Virus record (IMG/VR): IMGVR_UViG_3300036828_000344
Span: 1 to 62,780 of that record
Source: a virus
Taxonomy: Duplodnaviria; Caudoviricetes
DNA: 62,780 bases
Strand: one strand, 5' to 3'
A program made the position numbers and the translations under genes. The notes under the pieces were generated by a model, which worked only from the letters and a program-made list of their open reading frames with translations, had not been told where the DNA came from and ran no database searches. Positions 1 through 9,637 of the stretch are shown here, piece by piece (the first letter of the stretch is position 1; every line of letters begins with the position of its first letter).

Positions 1-141
1 AGCTCGCGCGCCATGACCTTGACGGCCATGTTGAGAGCGGCCTTGGAGGCGCAGTACGCGACGGAGCCGCGCATAGGGATCTCGGCCGCGTCCGACGATA
101 CCGCGACGGCCGAGAGCGCGCTGTTGGGGTATTGCAGTATG
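1..141. repeat. Terminal overlap, copy 1 (matches 62640-62780 except one base)
   Basis: Direct comparison of both ends; only mismatch is 127 G vs 62766 T. Indicates a circular or circularly permuted assembly. Confidence 0.97.
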
Positions 142-440
142 TGCTCGGATATAAGCGCGACGAATCCGGCGCAGTTGACCGAGAACATGTCTTCCATACG
201 GTAGACAATCTTCTGGTCGCTGACCCAGGCGAGCTGGTTGATTCCGGCCGAGTAGACGATGTGCGTGAACGGGCCGTATATCTCGCATAGCGTGATAATG
301 TCGGAGCGCGCCTCAACGTTTACCTCGGTGCGAGTAGGCATGAACTGCCATAGCTCCGGATTGCGTTTGGCTAGTAGCTCAGCAGTCGCCGCGCCGATGC
401 CGGAATGGCCGCCGATGATGAGGACTTTACCATCCTTCAT
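1..440 (-). CDS. Short-chain dehydrogenase/reductase (SDR), 5' part; continues across the join to 62390
   Basis: ATG at 440 reads MKDGKVLIIGGHSGIGAATAELL (GxxxGIG NAD(P) motif). The frame continues via the overlap into YCASK and RINAVAPG, giving 229 aa in total. Confidence 0.9.
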   Translation of the reverse strand, partial: MKDGKVLIIGGHSGIGAATAELLAKRNPELWQFMPTRTEVNVEARSDIITLCEIYGPFTHIVYSAGINQLAWVSDQKIVYRMEDMFSVNCAGFVALISEHILQYPNSALSAVAVSSDAAEIPMRGSVAYCASKAALNMAVKVMARE

Positions 441-1128
441 TGTTTTCCTTCCACCTCTCGATGTCTTTGGTAATTCGCATCCATAGCTCTTCCAGCGATA
501 GTACCCGGACGCCTGGGATACCGTCGCGCCGATTATATGGCTGGTCCCGTAGGTAGACCTTCCGGACTCCGTTAGTCATTGCGTCGGCCACCATGTCCGG
601 GAGATCATCCACAGCCGCGACGATTCGTGTGGGATTGACTTGCTCGACTAGCTCACGGTATTTGGTGGCCGGATTGCCGCCCTCAAGCAATCCTTCAAAT
701 AGCACGGCGTCATATTCGATGTGGTTACGCCGGAGCCATTCGCGCGTGTCTGGGTCGATGTTGTCTAGCCGGAGATACGGCCGGGTAGTACAGATCCAGA
801 CTTGTGCTTCCCATTCACGGATGCTGCGGGTTAGCTCAGCCGCGAACGGATAGGCTGGCATGAAGCGCTTGAGCCCACCCTGCCGGTAGGCGAGCTTGCA
901 CTGCTGGTACAGCGGATGTGGCACGCCCATGAAATCCGAGAGGCGAAGTCCAGGGTTGATATCGGTCGCGGAAGGCATAGGCATTCCCAGCCACTTCTCT
1001 GCGAACCAGAGGAAGTGTGCGTGGTAGTCGCCTAGCGTACCGTCGATGTCGATCGCGACTACAGGCTTGCCGTCTCCTGGACCTCGTGGCTTTACCTCGG
1101 CCGGCTGTGGAAGCACAATTGCTGTCAT
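427..1128 (-). CDS. HAD-superfamily phosphatase (5'(3')-deoxyribonucleotidase-like)
   Basis: DIDGT motif I, ICTTR motif II, VDD motif IV. Confidence 0.8.
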   Translation of the reverse strand: MTAIVLPQPAEVKPRGPGDGKPVVAIDIDGTLGDYHAHFLWFAEKWLGMPMPSATDINPGLRLSDFMGVPHPLYQQCKLAYRQGGLKRFMPAYPFAAELTRSIREWEAQVWICTTRPYLRLDNIDPDTREWLRRNHIEYDAVLFEGLLEGGNPATKYRELVEQVNPTRIVAAVDDLPDMVADAMTNGVRKVYLRDQPYNRRDGIPGVRVLSLEELWMRITKDIERWKENNEGW

Positions 1129-1376
1129 CGGATGATTACCGCTTCCTTGGCGAGGTCGGACACGATGAGAGCGAACGCATCATCCAGATTGATGTCTTCG
1201 ACTATGGGGTGAATTGAGGCTACCCGGATAGTCCGGTTCACCAGGCCGAAATGGTGGATGTGGTATATCGCCCGGTGTATGGGGCCGAGATCTGTGCTGA
1301 CGAGTAGTTCGGCGTCTGTTGCACCGATGTCGCGAACGGAGCCGCTAGCCGGGCCGTCTACGAATAGCGCGATCAT
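1125..1376 (-). CDS. Hypothetical protein
   Basis: ATGA overlaps with both neighbours inside the operon. Confidence 0.7.
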   Translation of the reverse strand: MIALFVDGPASGSVRDIGATDAELLVSTDLGPIHRAIYHIHHFGLVNRTIRVASIHPIVEDINLDDAFALIVSDLAKEAVIIR

Positions 1377-2143
1377 CGGATCATCTCCATTACTTCCGGG
1401 AAGGCCTGGTGGACTAGGTAAGACTTCCTCCAGGCTCCGTACCGGCCGATGCGCTTGTATTCCGGGTAGCAGTCACAGTCCGTTTCGAGCGGCTTGACTA
1501 CACGGGCATAGCTTGCGCTCGTGGCCGGAGGCTTAGGCCATTCCGTTGTCTGGTATCCGAATACTCGCGAGATCCGGTACCAGTCGTGCTCGCCGGTACC
1601 GTCACAGATGATGGAGTCTTCCGGGTACGGTACCGCATCCGTCGTGCCGTTCGCGTATATGTCATGGAACTTGAACCGGTGCTCAGGCTTGTAGCAGAGA
1701 GCCGGAGCCGGGATGGTTGAGATAATCATGTCCGGCCTGGAGCCGAATACCTCATCCGGCACGATGCCATTCTCGATTAGCGGTATCCGGTAGAAATGGA
1801 CGACCTCATCGGTAATTAGACGGTCCCACATCCGCAGGTAGGTCTCGCGAATATCCCATGCGTCGTGCTCGCCTATGAAGTCTTCCGGGCTAACCTTGCC
1901 GGTCCAGTTGCTGCCGTAGACCTTCTGCCGGTATTCGCCGGCTGTCCCAATGAGCGAATAGCTAACGCGAGTGTGGGCAGCTCGCTCGTATCCGGGAATG
2001 GGAGCGTGGAGATACTGACAGCCATAGAGCGTGCTCGGCCTAGCAGAGCTGCTCATGACGGTGGCCCTATTGCCAGAACTGACGACTGCCGCAGCAGCCG
2101 CCAGCCCAGCAGGGCCGCATCCGAGAATCGTGACACGGCTCAT
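1373..2143 (-). CDS. FAD-dependent oxidoreductase, UDP-galactopyranose-mutase-like fold
   Basis: ILGCGPAGLAAA dinucleotide-binding motif, YGCQYLH segment and C-terminal IGRYGAW; RBS AGGAAAGG before the ATG at 2143. Confidence 0.7.
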   Translation of the reverse strand: MSRVTILGCGPAGLAAAAAVVSSGNRATVMSSSARPSTLYGCQYLHAPIPGYERAAHTRVSYSLIGTAGEYRQKVYGSNWTGKVSPEDFIGEHDAWDIRETYLRMWDRLITDEVVHFYRIPLIENGIVPDEVFGSRPDMIISTIPAPALCYKPEHRFKFHDIYANGTTDAVPYPEDSIICDGTGEHDWYRISRVFGYQTTEWPKPPATSASYARVVKPLETDCDCYPEYKRIGRYGAWRKSYLVHQAFPEVMEMIR

Positions 2144-2221
2144 GGTGGTGGTCCTTTCCTGCAAACCTGCCCGGAAGGCTATGCCCTGTTTACCTTCCGG
2201 GCAGGCGTCTACGGTCAGCGG

Positions 2222-3079
2222 CTAGAACGGGATGTCATCCTTGGCGGCACGGCCACGGCCACGACGGGCCGGAGCCGCAGCCGGGGCCGGAGCGCGACCG
2301 GAAGAACGGCCTCCGCGCGGCGCAGAGCCGGACGCTGCGGGCCGCGCCGGAGCGCTCGCGGCCGGACGCCTACCGCGAGCCGGAGCTGCGGCCGTAGTCG
2401 CGCTCCGGGCCGCTCCGCGACGGCCACGAGCCGGAGCGGGCTCAGGCTCTGCCTCTGCCTCTTCGCCGTCCTCTTCGCCGTCCTCTTCCTCATACTCGTC
2501 ATCGGCCTCATCGTCGGCCGCTTCCTCGGCGTCCTCGCCCTCTTCATCGTCCTCATCGTCATAGGGCAGCCATTCCTTGACGCGAGGCGACATGACGCCG
2601 TTGTACGGCTCCTGTTCCGTGATGATCCGGCACCAGGCCTCATCGGAGTCCTCGCCCGGCCGGAAGCCGTCGATGGAGATGATCGGGGCACCGTTCTGGT
2701 CGGTCTTGTCTTCCACATCGACCTTGCGGGCCTTGATCGCCCGGATGGAGATCTGGAAGTTGTCGAGGAATGGGCCCCACCGGAACTTGGAGCCTGCGTT
2801 GAGCGCGGCGTTGAGCCAGAATGGGCAGTCGTTGTACTGCTCCAGGTCGCCTTCATTGTCGGCCGCGACGGTGAGAATCTTCAGCATGGGGTCGTTGCCG
2901 GAGCCGTTCGCCTTTGTGGCGGAGCGAGTCCACCACATCCGCTTGACGTAAGCGGTCAGTTCGGTGCCGACCGGAGGAACTTCGCCATAATAGCGGTCGA
3001 ATTCCTCGGTGGAGTATTCCGCTGATTCCAGTTCCTTGACGTCAAGGCTGGCGACATCTTCTGAGCGGAGCTTAGCCAT
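2222..3079 (-). CDS. Single-stranded DNA-binding protein (putative)
   Basis: Acidic tract and terminal DDIPF; lies after the exonuclease and AAA ATPase genes. Confidence 0.65.
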   Translation of the reverse strand: MAKLRSEDVASLDVKELESAEYSTEEFDRYYGEVPPVGTELTAYVKRMWWTRSATKANGSGNDPMLKILTVAADNEGDLEQYNDCPFWLNAALNAGSKFRWGPFLDNFQISIRAIKARKVDVEDKTDQNGAPIISIDGFRPGEDSDEAWCRIITEQEPYNGVMSPRVKEWLPYDDEDDEEGEDAEEAADDEADDEYEEEDGEEDGEEAEAEPEPAPARGRRGAARSATTAAAPARGRRPAASAPARPAASGSAPRGGRSSGRAPAPAAAPARRGRGRAAKDDIPF

Positions 3080-3132
3080 TGGTGGTTTACCTTTCGGATT
3101 CGTGACTGTGATCTAGGGAATTCTGGTGAAGC

Positions 3133-4128
3133 CTATGATCTGCTGTGTGCTCCCCTCTTGTGACGTACCGGAGCAGACGATGCCGCCGCTCCACGTGCTT
3201 GCGGAGCCATCCGGCTTGCTGGCCGTCTGGGTCGGCTAGCCTTAGCGGCTGCTCCTGCGATACCACTCGCACCTCTCGATTTCTCGATTGCCTCTATCAT
3301 CCGGGACATCGCGAAGAAATCACCTTCCTCAACATCCCAGGTCTTGCCGAGGGCCATATAACGGTCCTTAGCATACCAGGGTGGGAAAGGCTGGCAGAGG
3401 GCTCGCCTAGTAACTGGTCCTGTCATCTCCCGCGATTCCCGCGCTACCGCGTAGTATAGCGCGACGGAGAACTGGGAGGAAATGGCGTCTGATATCTCGC
3501 CTTTCTTCCCTAGTAGCAGCGGGATAACGCGCGGCTCGCCTTCCGCGTCATCAACCGACATTGACGTTGTGATAAAGATCACATTGGCGGGCATGTCGAT
3601 TAGCCGGGCGCACCAGCGCTTAAATCCGTTCTGGTACTTCTGATGGTTCTGAACGGCCGGTATGTCGAGGTCGCGCTTTGGATTGATCGCGTTCTCGCGC
3701 TCTAGGATCCAGCGCATGTACATGTCCTGCATGACCGTGCCGGAGTCGATCACAAACCAGTCCTTGCCGGTCAGCTCCTGCTCGGCCTTCTGGACTCCGG
3801 CCACCGCATGTTCCCAGGACGGAGCCCGCCAGAGACCAGCCTGCGAGCCTATGGCCCGTGCGCTCGCCACGCCTTCCGTCTCGGTCGATAGGAACACGAC
3901 CTTGCGCGAGCCATCTGCTGCGCCTCCGGCTAGTAGCGTTTTGCCGTGCCCGGACGGCCCGTGTACGAGAATGTTGATCGGCCGCTTGGCTGGATTGGGG
4001 TCTGAAAGGTCTTCAACCTCAATCTCAACGTCAGTCTCGATCATTGCCAGTGGGTTTTCCCTGACCTGCTTTGCCGATGGTGCCCTGGTGCGGACTCCGG
4101 TTAGCGGCCGGTCTGTTGTATCAGTCAT
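3133..4128 (-). CDS. AAA ATPase (Sak4/RecA-like)
   Basis: Walker A GPSGHGKT, Walker B FVIDS, YAKDR motif; TAATG overlap with the upstream gene. Confidence 0.85.
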   Translation of the reverse strand: MTDTTDRPLTGVRTRAPSAKQVRENPLAMIETDVEIEVEDLSDPNPAKRPINILVHGPSGHGKTLLAGGAADGSRKVVFLSTETEGVASARAIGSQAGLWRAPSWEHAVAGVQKAEQELTGKDWFVIDSGTVMQDMYMRWILERENAINPKRDLDIPAVQNHQKYQNGFKRWCARLIDMPANVIFITTSMSVDDAEGEPRVIPLLLGKKGEISDAISSQFSVALYYAVARESREMTGPVTRRALCQPFPPWYAKDRYMALGKTWDVEEGDFFAMSRMIEAIEKSRGASGIAGAAAKASRPRRPASRMAPQARGAAASSAPVRHKRGAHSRS

Positions 4129-5243
4129 TATGCTGCCTTCCTCATGTCCCGGTAAGGATCTATTTTCACGAAATTGGAACGTAGTACGGACTTGTAGGAA
4201 TCTGCTCCACGGTCCTGCAGGGTACACGGAACCCAGAACGGACAGCGCGGGCAGTCCTTTGTTGGGGTTTTGGTGACTGGGATGATTCCTTTGCGGACGG
4301 CATTCATGACCGCGACCTCATCAGCTATCTTGATGAGCTGGGACTTATGTTCGCTGCTGGAGCGCGGCACTAGCTCGCGAACGAATCGCGGAGAGCCCTG
4401 GCTCTTGCTTGCCTCACCCTGTACCAGGATTGAATTCCCCTCCGCCATCGCGACTAGAGCATCCACCTTTAGCTTCCGGAGCTGAGCCTCAGTCATGCCG
4501 TCTATCCCGGCCAGCGCGGCTACATACTGATCTTTGGTAGGATTGTTGAGGTACTCACCCTGCTCATTCTGCGGCCTGTCATCAGACATCGCCTTCCGCA
4601 GGAAATTGTAGATGATTCCGGCGATTTCCTCGCTGGGCTTGATGATGCCCTTTGCGCGGAGTACCTGCGTCGCGACCGCGAGGTAACTGCCACCCTGATC
4701 GTCAAGCTCAAGGTAGGCCGTCATGATCTGCGAGGCCGTCTTGTTCTCCAGTAGGTATAGCTTTCCGTCCGCAATGCTCCGGAGTACGCCATCCCATCGG
4801 CTAGCGAAAATAGCAACAGCCTTCCCGTGTCGCTTAATTGTGACGCGGAAAGGCTGTTCGATCGAAATGATGTTCCATTGTGGGTCACGGCCGTACGTAT
4901 CGACGTAGCCCTCAAGCATGCCTATGCCGAGGTCGCGAGCATCCATCCAGACCGGCTCATCAAACGTATCATCCAGGTACGTCCGCGCGAACGCGATCTC
5001 ATCGCCGCACCACTTGTCCCAGTAGTCGGCCGGATGGTCGCCGCGACGGAGGCCGCGCTTGAAGCCTCGCTGGTACCAGAGCGCCAGAGCCTCGTGGATG
5101 CCGATGCCGAACCAGAGCGCGTCAGCCTGCACGTAGCGCGGCCGGTAGCCCTCGTGGTACTCCCACTTCCATTTCGTGACGCAGCGCTTGAAGGTGGCCC
5201 GCTCCGAGGTCCGCAGGATAGGAATGGATGCTGATGTTGCCAT
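4128..5243 (-). CDS. Cas4-like/PD-(D/E)xK exonuclease
   Basis: N-terminal F.RC...W, FGIGIHEAL, D...ENKT nuclease motif, C-terminal CPRCPFWVPC. Confidence 0.85.
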   Translation of the reverse strand: MATSASIPILRTSERATFKRCVTKWKWEYHEGYRPRYVQADALWFGIGIHEALALWYQRGFKRGLRRGDHPADYWDKWCGDEIAFARTYLDDTFDEPVWMDARDLGIGMLEGYVDTYGRDPQWNIISIEQPFRVTIKRHGKAVAIFASRWDGVLRSIADGKLYLLENKTASQIMTAYLELDDQGGSYLAVATQVLRAKGIIKPSEEIAGIIYNFLRKAMSDDRPQNEQGEYLNNPTKDQYVAALAGIDGMTEAQLRKLKVDALVAMAEGNSILVQGEASKSQGSPRFVRELVPRSSSEHKSQLIKIADEVAVMNAVRKGIIPVTKTPTKDCPRCPFWVPCTLQDRGADSYKSVLRSNFVKIDPYRDMRKAA

Positions 5244-5478
5244 CGCCTCGCCTTTCTCTTGCTATCCCTTCAGAGGACTGCCCAGACTCCACAGCATCGC
5301 GGCCTGGGCAGTCCGCTCAGGGGACTTAGCTAATATGTCCAGGGTGGACGCCAGTTATCGCCTCCGTGGAGCAGGTACCATTCTTCGACACCTTCGCCAT
5401 CCACTTCATGGCCGATGTAGGTTCCACCCTCATCGGCTTCTGATTCGTTCTGCTTCACTGGCCAGTCCCTAAATAGTG

Positions 5479-5515
5479 CTGGACCCTACCGCACGGGGCA
5501 TCGGTAGGGTCCAGC
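5479..5515. terminator. Hairpin, probable terminator
   Basis: GCTGGACCCTACCG...CGGTAGGGTCCAGC inverted repeat just after the stop at 5518. Confidence 0.6.
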
Positions 5516-5517
5516 GA

Positions 5518-5934
5518 TCAGTAGGCCGCTTCCGGAGCCGCAGCGGCAGCAGCGGGCCGGCCACGCCTGCCACGCCCAGGGCCAGCCGCAGGGGCCGCAG
5601 GAGCCGTGCCGCGCGCTCCGCGACCTCGGCCGCGTCCGGTGGCCGGAGCGGTGGGCTCTGGGGCTGCCTCGGCCTCGCGCGCCGCGCGCCGTTCCGTTCG
5701 CCGCGTCTGGTTGAAGTCGGAGCGCTGGAAGTGCGTGTACAGCGAGCTGCCGAGGGCCAGGAGCCGGTCGGAATCGATCTGGTCAGGATCGCCCACGTTG
5801 TCCCGGAACCACACCGCGTAGTCGGCCATCGTCGCGGACAGCGGCTTTTCGAGGTACGGCGTGAAGTCCACCTGCTCAACTTCGGGCTCGGGAGCCGGAG
5901 CCGGAGCCTGCCGGCCACGAGGCTTGGGTGCCAT
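5518..5934 (-). CDS. Hypothetical protein with Arg/Gly/Ala/Pro-rich tail (internal start of ORF 5518-6291)
   Basis: RBS GGAAAGGAAA before the ATG at 5934 and TATAGT -10 box at 5974-5979. Confidence 0.7.
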   Translation of the reverse strand: MAPKPRGRQAPAPAPEPEVEQVDFTPYLEKPLSATMADYAVWFRDNVGDPDQIDSDRLLALGSSLYTHFQRSDFNQTRRTERRAAREAEAAPEPTAPATGRGRGRGARGTAPAAPAAGPGRGRRGRPAAAAAAPEAAY

Positions 5935-6372
5935 TGTTGTTTCCTTTCCACGGTTTACTGGGTCACTATCTCGACTATACCCCATACGGGGCCGCTGTAC
6001 TACTCTTTTCGCCTGCTGATTCCCGGTATGATCCTCTAGGCTGAAGCGGGAAAGGCCGTAATAGCGGAGCGTTACGAATCCGCCATCAACCTTCCATTCC
6101 TTTGACCGTTTGACGGTATCCTGGACGGTGTACCGGATGACCTCATCAGCCTGGTCCCGGCTGAATCCATAGTCCGCGAGCGCATCTCGGATGTCATCGA
6201 CGTTTGCGGTATATGGCTGCGAAACTATGACGGTCATATCATCTCCAGTAGATGAGGCAGAGGAATAGGATGCCGAGTAGACCGGACACAACCATGAACC
6301 AGAACTGAGAGGCCGGTGCTATTGCCTGCGAACGCCGGAGGTAATCGTGGTACGCATCGACCGCTCGCTTTA

Positions 6373-6708
6373 TCATGACGGCTCTTGCTCCGTTATGACT
6401 AGCTGGACGCGATATCGCCGCTCCGGCTCGCGCCAGCCGGTGAACCGGACTTCAAGCTCCAGGTACCCGGCTTCATCTTCCCGTTCCTCAACCACTATGT
6501 AGCGCTGTACTCCGTCGCCTATGTTTTCGCGACGGTTGGTGACGCATGTGCCGGGATTAGTCAGGGCATCCAGGCAAAGCTCCAGAAGGTCGCCTTCCTG
6601 GAACTTTCCCATCTCCGTTCCGATACGCGCTATCTTGTCTCCACGATCAGTCACAGGCTTTCTCCAGTCCTTGAATTTCCTGCCATGGCTGCTTCCGTAT
6701 CCGTTCAT
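6373..6708 (-). CDS. Hypothetical protein
   Basis: ORF overlapping the helicase stop codon. Confidence 0.55.
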   Translation of the reverse strand: MNGYGSSHGRKFKDWRKPVTDRGDKIARIGTEMGKFQEGDLLELCLDALTNPGTCVTNRRENIGDGVQRYIVVEEREDEAGYLELEVRFTGWREPERRYRVQLVITEQEPS

Positions 6709-8648
6709 GATGCCGTCGCCTCCAGGGCTAGTTCGCTTAGCGCTCGCGGGCTCGCCTTAGCGACTGCCGCGCGCTGTTCGGTCGTTAGGCTCGCCATCCA
6801 TTCATCGATCGCGCCGACACTGACTAGCCGGTAGATGATTACCTGATGGATCCGTGAGACGCGGTGGATTCGCGCGTTGAGCTGCTCATCCTGGTCGTCA
6901 ACCCAGGGAAGGTCTAGCACTACCATCTCATCGGCCGCGTCCAGGGTAATCGACTCGCCTCCGGCCTGTCGGTTGATACACACGACCTGGAGCGTGTCGT
7001 TCATGTCCTGGAACCGGGCCACGAGGTCGGCCCGGTCGCGGTCGGAGGTCGCGCCGGTCAGCGTCAGGACTTCAAAGCCTTCCTTCCGGAGGGTAGCGGC
7101 CGCAAGCTCAACCATCTCGCTGAAGCTGCTCGCGACTACAACCTTGGCTCCGGTGCCCTGCCGTTCCTGCATGAATTCGATGAGCCATTCGATCTTGTTA
7201 CTTGGCAGCTCCGGGATGATGTGGCGGTCATCGCCCATCCGGCCGGAGGCGTTCGCGAACTGTCGGAGCCGGCTGATCTCGGCTAGCACGCCAGTCGCGG
7301 TAATCCGTACTCCGTCCGCGAGCGTAGCGGCTCCCATGTCCTCCATCGCCCAGTACATCTTCGCCTGCTCATCCGTCATGTCTAGCTGGACGTAGCACGG
7401 GCTCTCAGGATCATCTGGGTCGATGGGCGTTCCGGCGTAAGCGATCGGCGGGAGGTCGGCCGCAACCTTGTCCTTGGTCCGCTTGAGGTAATACGGCCGC
7501 AGCATACGGTCCCAGGCATCCATGTCATGAGGCTCCAGGACTTTCCGCGCCTTCCCATTCTCATCCGTACCGCCAACGATCTTGCCGAACCTTCCCTGCT
7601 CGACTCCGAAATGCTTTTCAGCCCAGCCCCAGTAGCCTCCGAACACATCGGGCCGGAGCCAGTTAAGCGTGCCCCAGCCTTTCTCGATATGACTGCGGAA
7701 CGGCGTACCGCTTAGCGCGATAGCAAGGCCGTCCTCGCGGAGCTTACGCCGGAGTATGACCGCGCCGAATCGCTGCTGTGTAATCCGCTTGCTCTGGTAG
7801 TTCGCGGTGGACGCGAGTAGGTTGTGCGACTCGTCCAGAACGATCGCATCCCATTCCTGTCCGAACAGGAACGGCCAGTCAGGAATCGGCTCATACTTGT
7901 GACGGCAGGGCTCGCCGTGAACCTGCGGGCAGACGGTTTCTTTGCTGAGACAGATTTCCTGTTTCTTAGCGCGCACCATCTCGATGTTGATAATCAGCAT
8001 CTTGCGCGTGCCGGGGATAAGAGTCGAATGGTCCGCGAATGCGGCCATGACTTCCTCGCGCTCGCGCCGAGAGCCCTGCGCCACAAACGTCGCAATGCCC
8101 GGAGCCCAGCGCGCGGTCTCCCGCTCCCACACCGTCCGGGTAGCCGTCCTACGGCAGGCCACAAGGATGGTCTTGGAGTCCGATTCCACCAGTGCGGCGA
8201 GTGTCTGCAGCGTCTTGCCTAGGCCAGGATCATCACCGAGGATAACCTGACGACCGGTCAGCATGAAAGCCGTTCCGGCAATCTGGTACTTGCGGTTGTG
8301 GAGCGCGGCGTACAGCGCTGGTGCCTCGGCCTTGACGCGGAGTAGGTCAACGTCCGTGAGCGCTTCCTCGCGGAGAGCCTCAAGCTGCTGCTCTTTGGCT
8401 ATCTGGTCGCGAGCCCATATCGATAGGGCCGGCAGCACTACTAGCTCATCACCGAACACGCGCCGGAAGGCGCGGCAGGTATCCATGTTGAGCGGGTACT
8501 TCCAGCCGAGGAACACGTTGGGCTCAACGGTCTTGTCCCAGTCGGCTCGCGCTCCGGGAACCTGCCTCGCCATGCGTGGGCCTTTGCCGTTCGCATAGTC
8601 GATGTGCGCAAGAATCTTCTTGCCGTCGGTGGTGATCTCTGCCTTCAT
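6705..8648 (-). CDS. SNF2-family DNA helicase
   Basis: DDPGLGKT, LDESH, LSGTP, GGESITL and RIHR helicase motifs. Confidence 0.93.
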   Translation of the reverse strand: MKAEITTDGKKILAHIDYANGKGPRMARQVPGARADWDKTVEPNVFLGWKYPLNMDTCRAFRRVFGDELVVLPALSIWARDQIAKEQQLEALREEALTDVDLLRVKAEAPALYAALHNRKYQIAGTAFMLTGRQVILGDDPGLGKTLQTLAALVESDSKTILVACRRTATRTVWERETARWAPGIATFVAQGSRREREEVMAAFADHSTLIPGTRKMLIINIEMVRAKKQEICLSKETVCPQVHGEPCRHKYEPIPDWPFLFGQEWDAIVLDESHNLLASTANYQSKRITQQRFGAVILRRKLREDGLAIALSGTPFRSHIEKGWGTLNWLRPDVFGGYWGWAEKHFGVEQGRFGKIVGGTDENGKARKVLEPHDMDAWDRMLRPYYLKRTKDKVAADLPPIAYAGTPIDPDDPESPCYVQLDMTDEQAKMYWAMEDMGAATLADGVRITATGVLAEISRLRQFANASGRMGDDRHIIPELPSNKIEWLIEFMQERQGTGAKVVVASSFSEMVELAAATLRKEGFEVLTLTGATSDRDRADLVARFQDMNDTLQVVCINRQAGGESITLDAADEMVVLDLPWVDDQDEQLNARIHRVSRIHQVIIYRLVSVGAIDEWMASLTTEQRAAVAKASPRALSELALEATAS

Positions 8649-8848
8649 CTTCGCCTCGCCTTCAGGCCCAACCTTACCCTAGATTGGTGCAGAAGTCTAC
8701 TCGTCTGCAGGCCGAGGATGCGGCGCAGAACCCCAGTCCCAGAATCGTAGGGCTCCGTCCTCCGGCATGAGTGCAGGGGCTGGCTCTGGGCTGTCCTGGG
8801 CCGGTTCTGCGGACTCGGCTGGATCCTGGCCGTCCAGGAAGTGAGTGT

Positions 8849-9232
8849 TCATGAGAAGAGACTTTCTGTGAATATCTCGTCAGCCGACCCAACGATCTCA
8901 TCGTTCCAGGAGAGCCGCGCGCCGGAGCGGATCGTTATGCCGTAGCTCTGCACGTAGCCGTTCCGGATCATTCCCTTTAGGACTAGCCCGCAGGGCTCTC
9001 CGGCTCTGATCCGGTCTACCGAGACAGGTGGGACGAGTAGGACATTGATCTCCAGCACAACGAGAGCGGCCATAACCGGGCCGGCCATCATAATGCCGTA
9101 GCGGCGGTAATACCGGCCATCGTCGCCTTCCGCGATCGTGACGATGGCCGGTGTGTGCCCTGTGATAGCGCGGACGGCCTTAGTCGCCGGTAGGCCGTTC
9201 TCAAGATGCTGGATGAACTGGTCTCGGTTCAT
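8849..9232 (-). CDS. Hypothetical protein
   Basis: ORF in a tightly packed leftward operon. Confidence 0.6.
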   Translation of the reverse strand: MNRDQFIQHLENGLPATKAVRAITGHTPAIVTIAEGDDGRYYRRYGIMMAGPVMAALVVLEINVLLVPPVSVDRIRAGEPCGLVLKGMIRNGYVQSYGITIRSGARLSWNDEIVGSADEIFTESLFS

Positions 9233-9438
9233 CAGGCCTCAATCACCTTGCGAGGCTGGCCGCTACCGAGTGTGGCCACGACGCGGCTGACCTTAGCCCG
9301 GAACCAGTACACGCGCGAGTATGGCATCTCACGGCCTCGCCGGAGGTCGGTAACTACCTGCTGTAGCTCCGGGATGAGCCGTTCCAGCTCATCGGCCGCT
9401 GCTAGCTCGCGCGTCCGGCTCATGGCGACTTCCGCCAT
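9232..9438 (-). CDS. Hypothetical protein
   Basis: Operon packing. Confidence 0.55.
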   Translation of the reverse strand: MAEVAMSRTRELAAADELERLIPELQQVVTDLRRGREMPYSRVYWFRAKVSRVVATLGSGQPRKVIEA

Positions 9439-9623
9439 AGGTTCTTGCGCCAGGTGTGTGGGTCGAATCCAGCCCTGTTGACGACCAGGACGACATCCTG
9501 GCTGACGAGGATTACCCGGTCCTTGTCGCCATCGGCCGTCTCGATGCCGAGAGCTTCTGCCTGCTTTAGCATCATCTGCTGCGGAGTCATCTGGCTGTAC
9601 TCCACCGGGAACTTCTGTGCCAT
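9420..9623 (-). CDS. Hypothetical protein
   Basis: RBS GGGAGAGG and operon packing. Confidence 0.6.
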   Translation of the reverse strand: MAQKFPVEYSQMTPQQMMLKQAEALGIETADGDKDRVILVSQDVVLVVNRAGFDPHTWRKNLWRKSP

Positions 9624-9637
9624 GTTGCTGCCTCTCC

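Noticed and set aside
1865-3025. Long plus-strand ORF (386 aa), plus similar ORFs such as 3662-4276 and 10914-11642
   Set aside because: Antisense shadows of well-supported genes in high-GC DNA, with no motifs.
4128-5243. CRISPR-Cas system (Cas4-like gene)
   Set aside because: No repeat-spacer array or other cas genes; standalone Cas4-like exonucleases are common in phage recombination modules.
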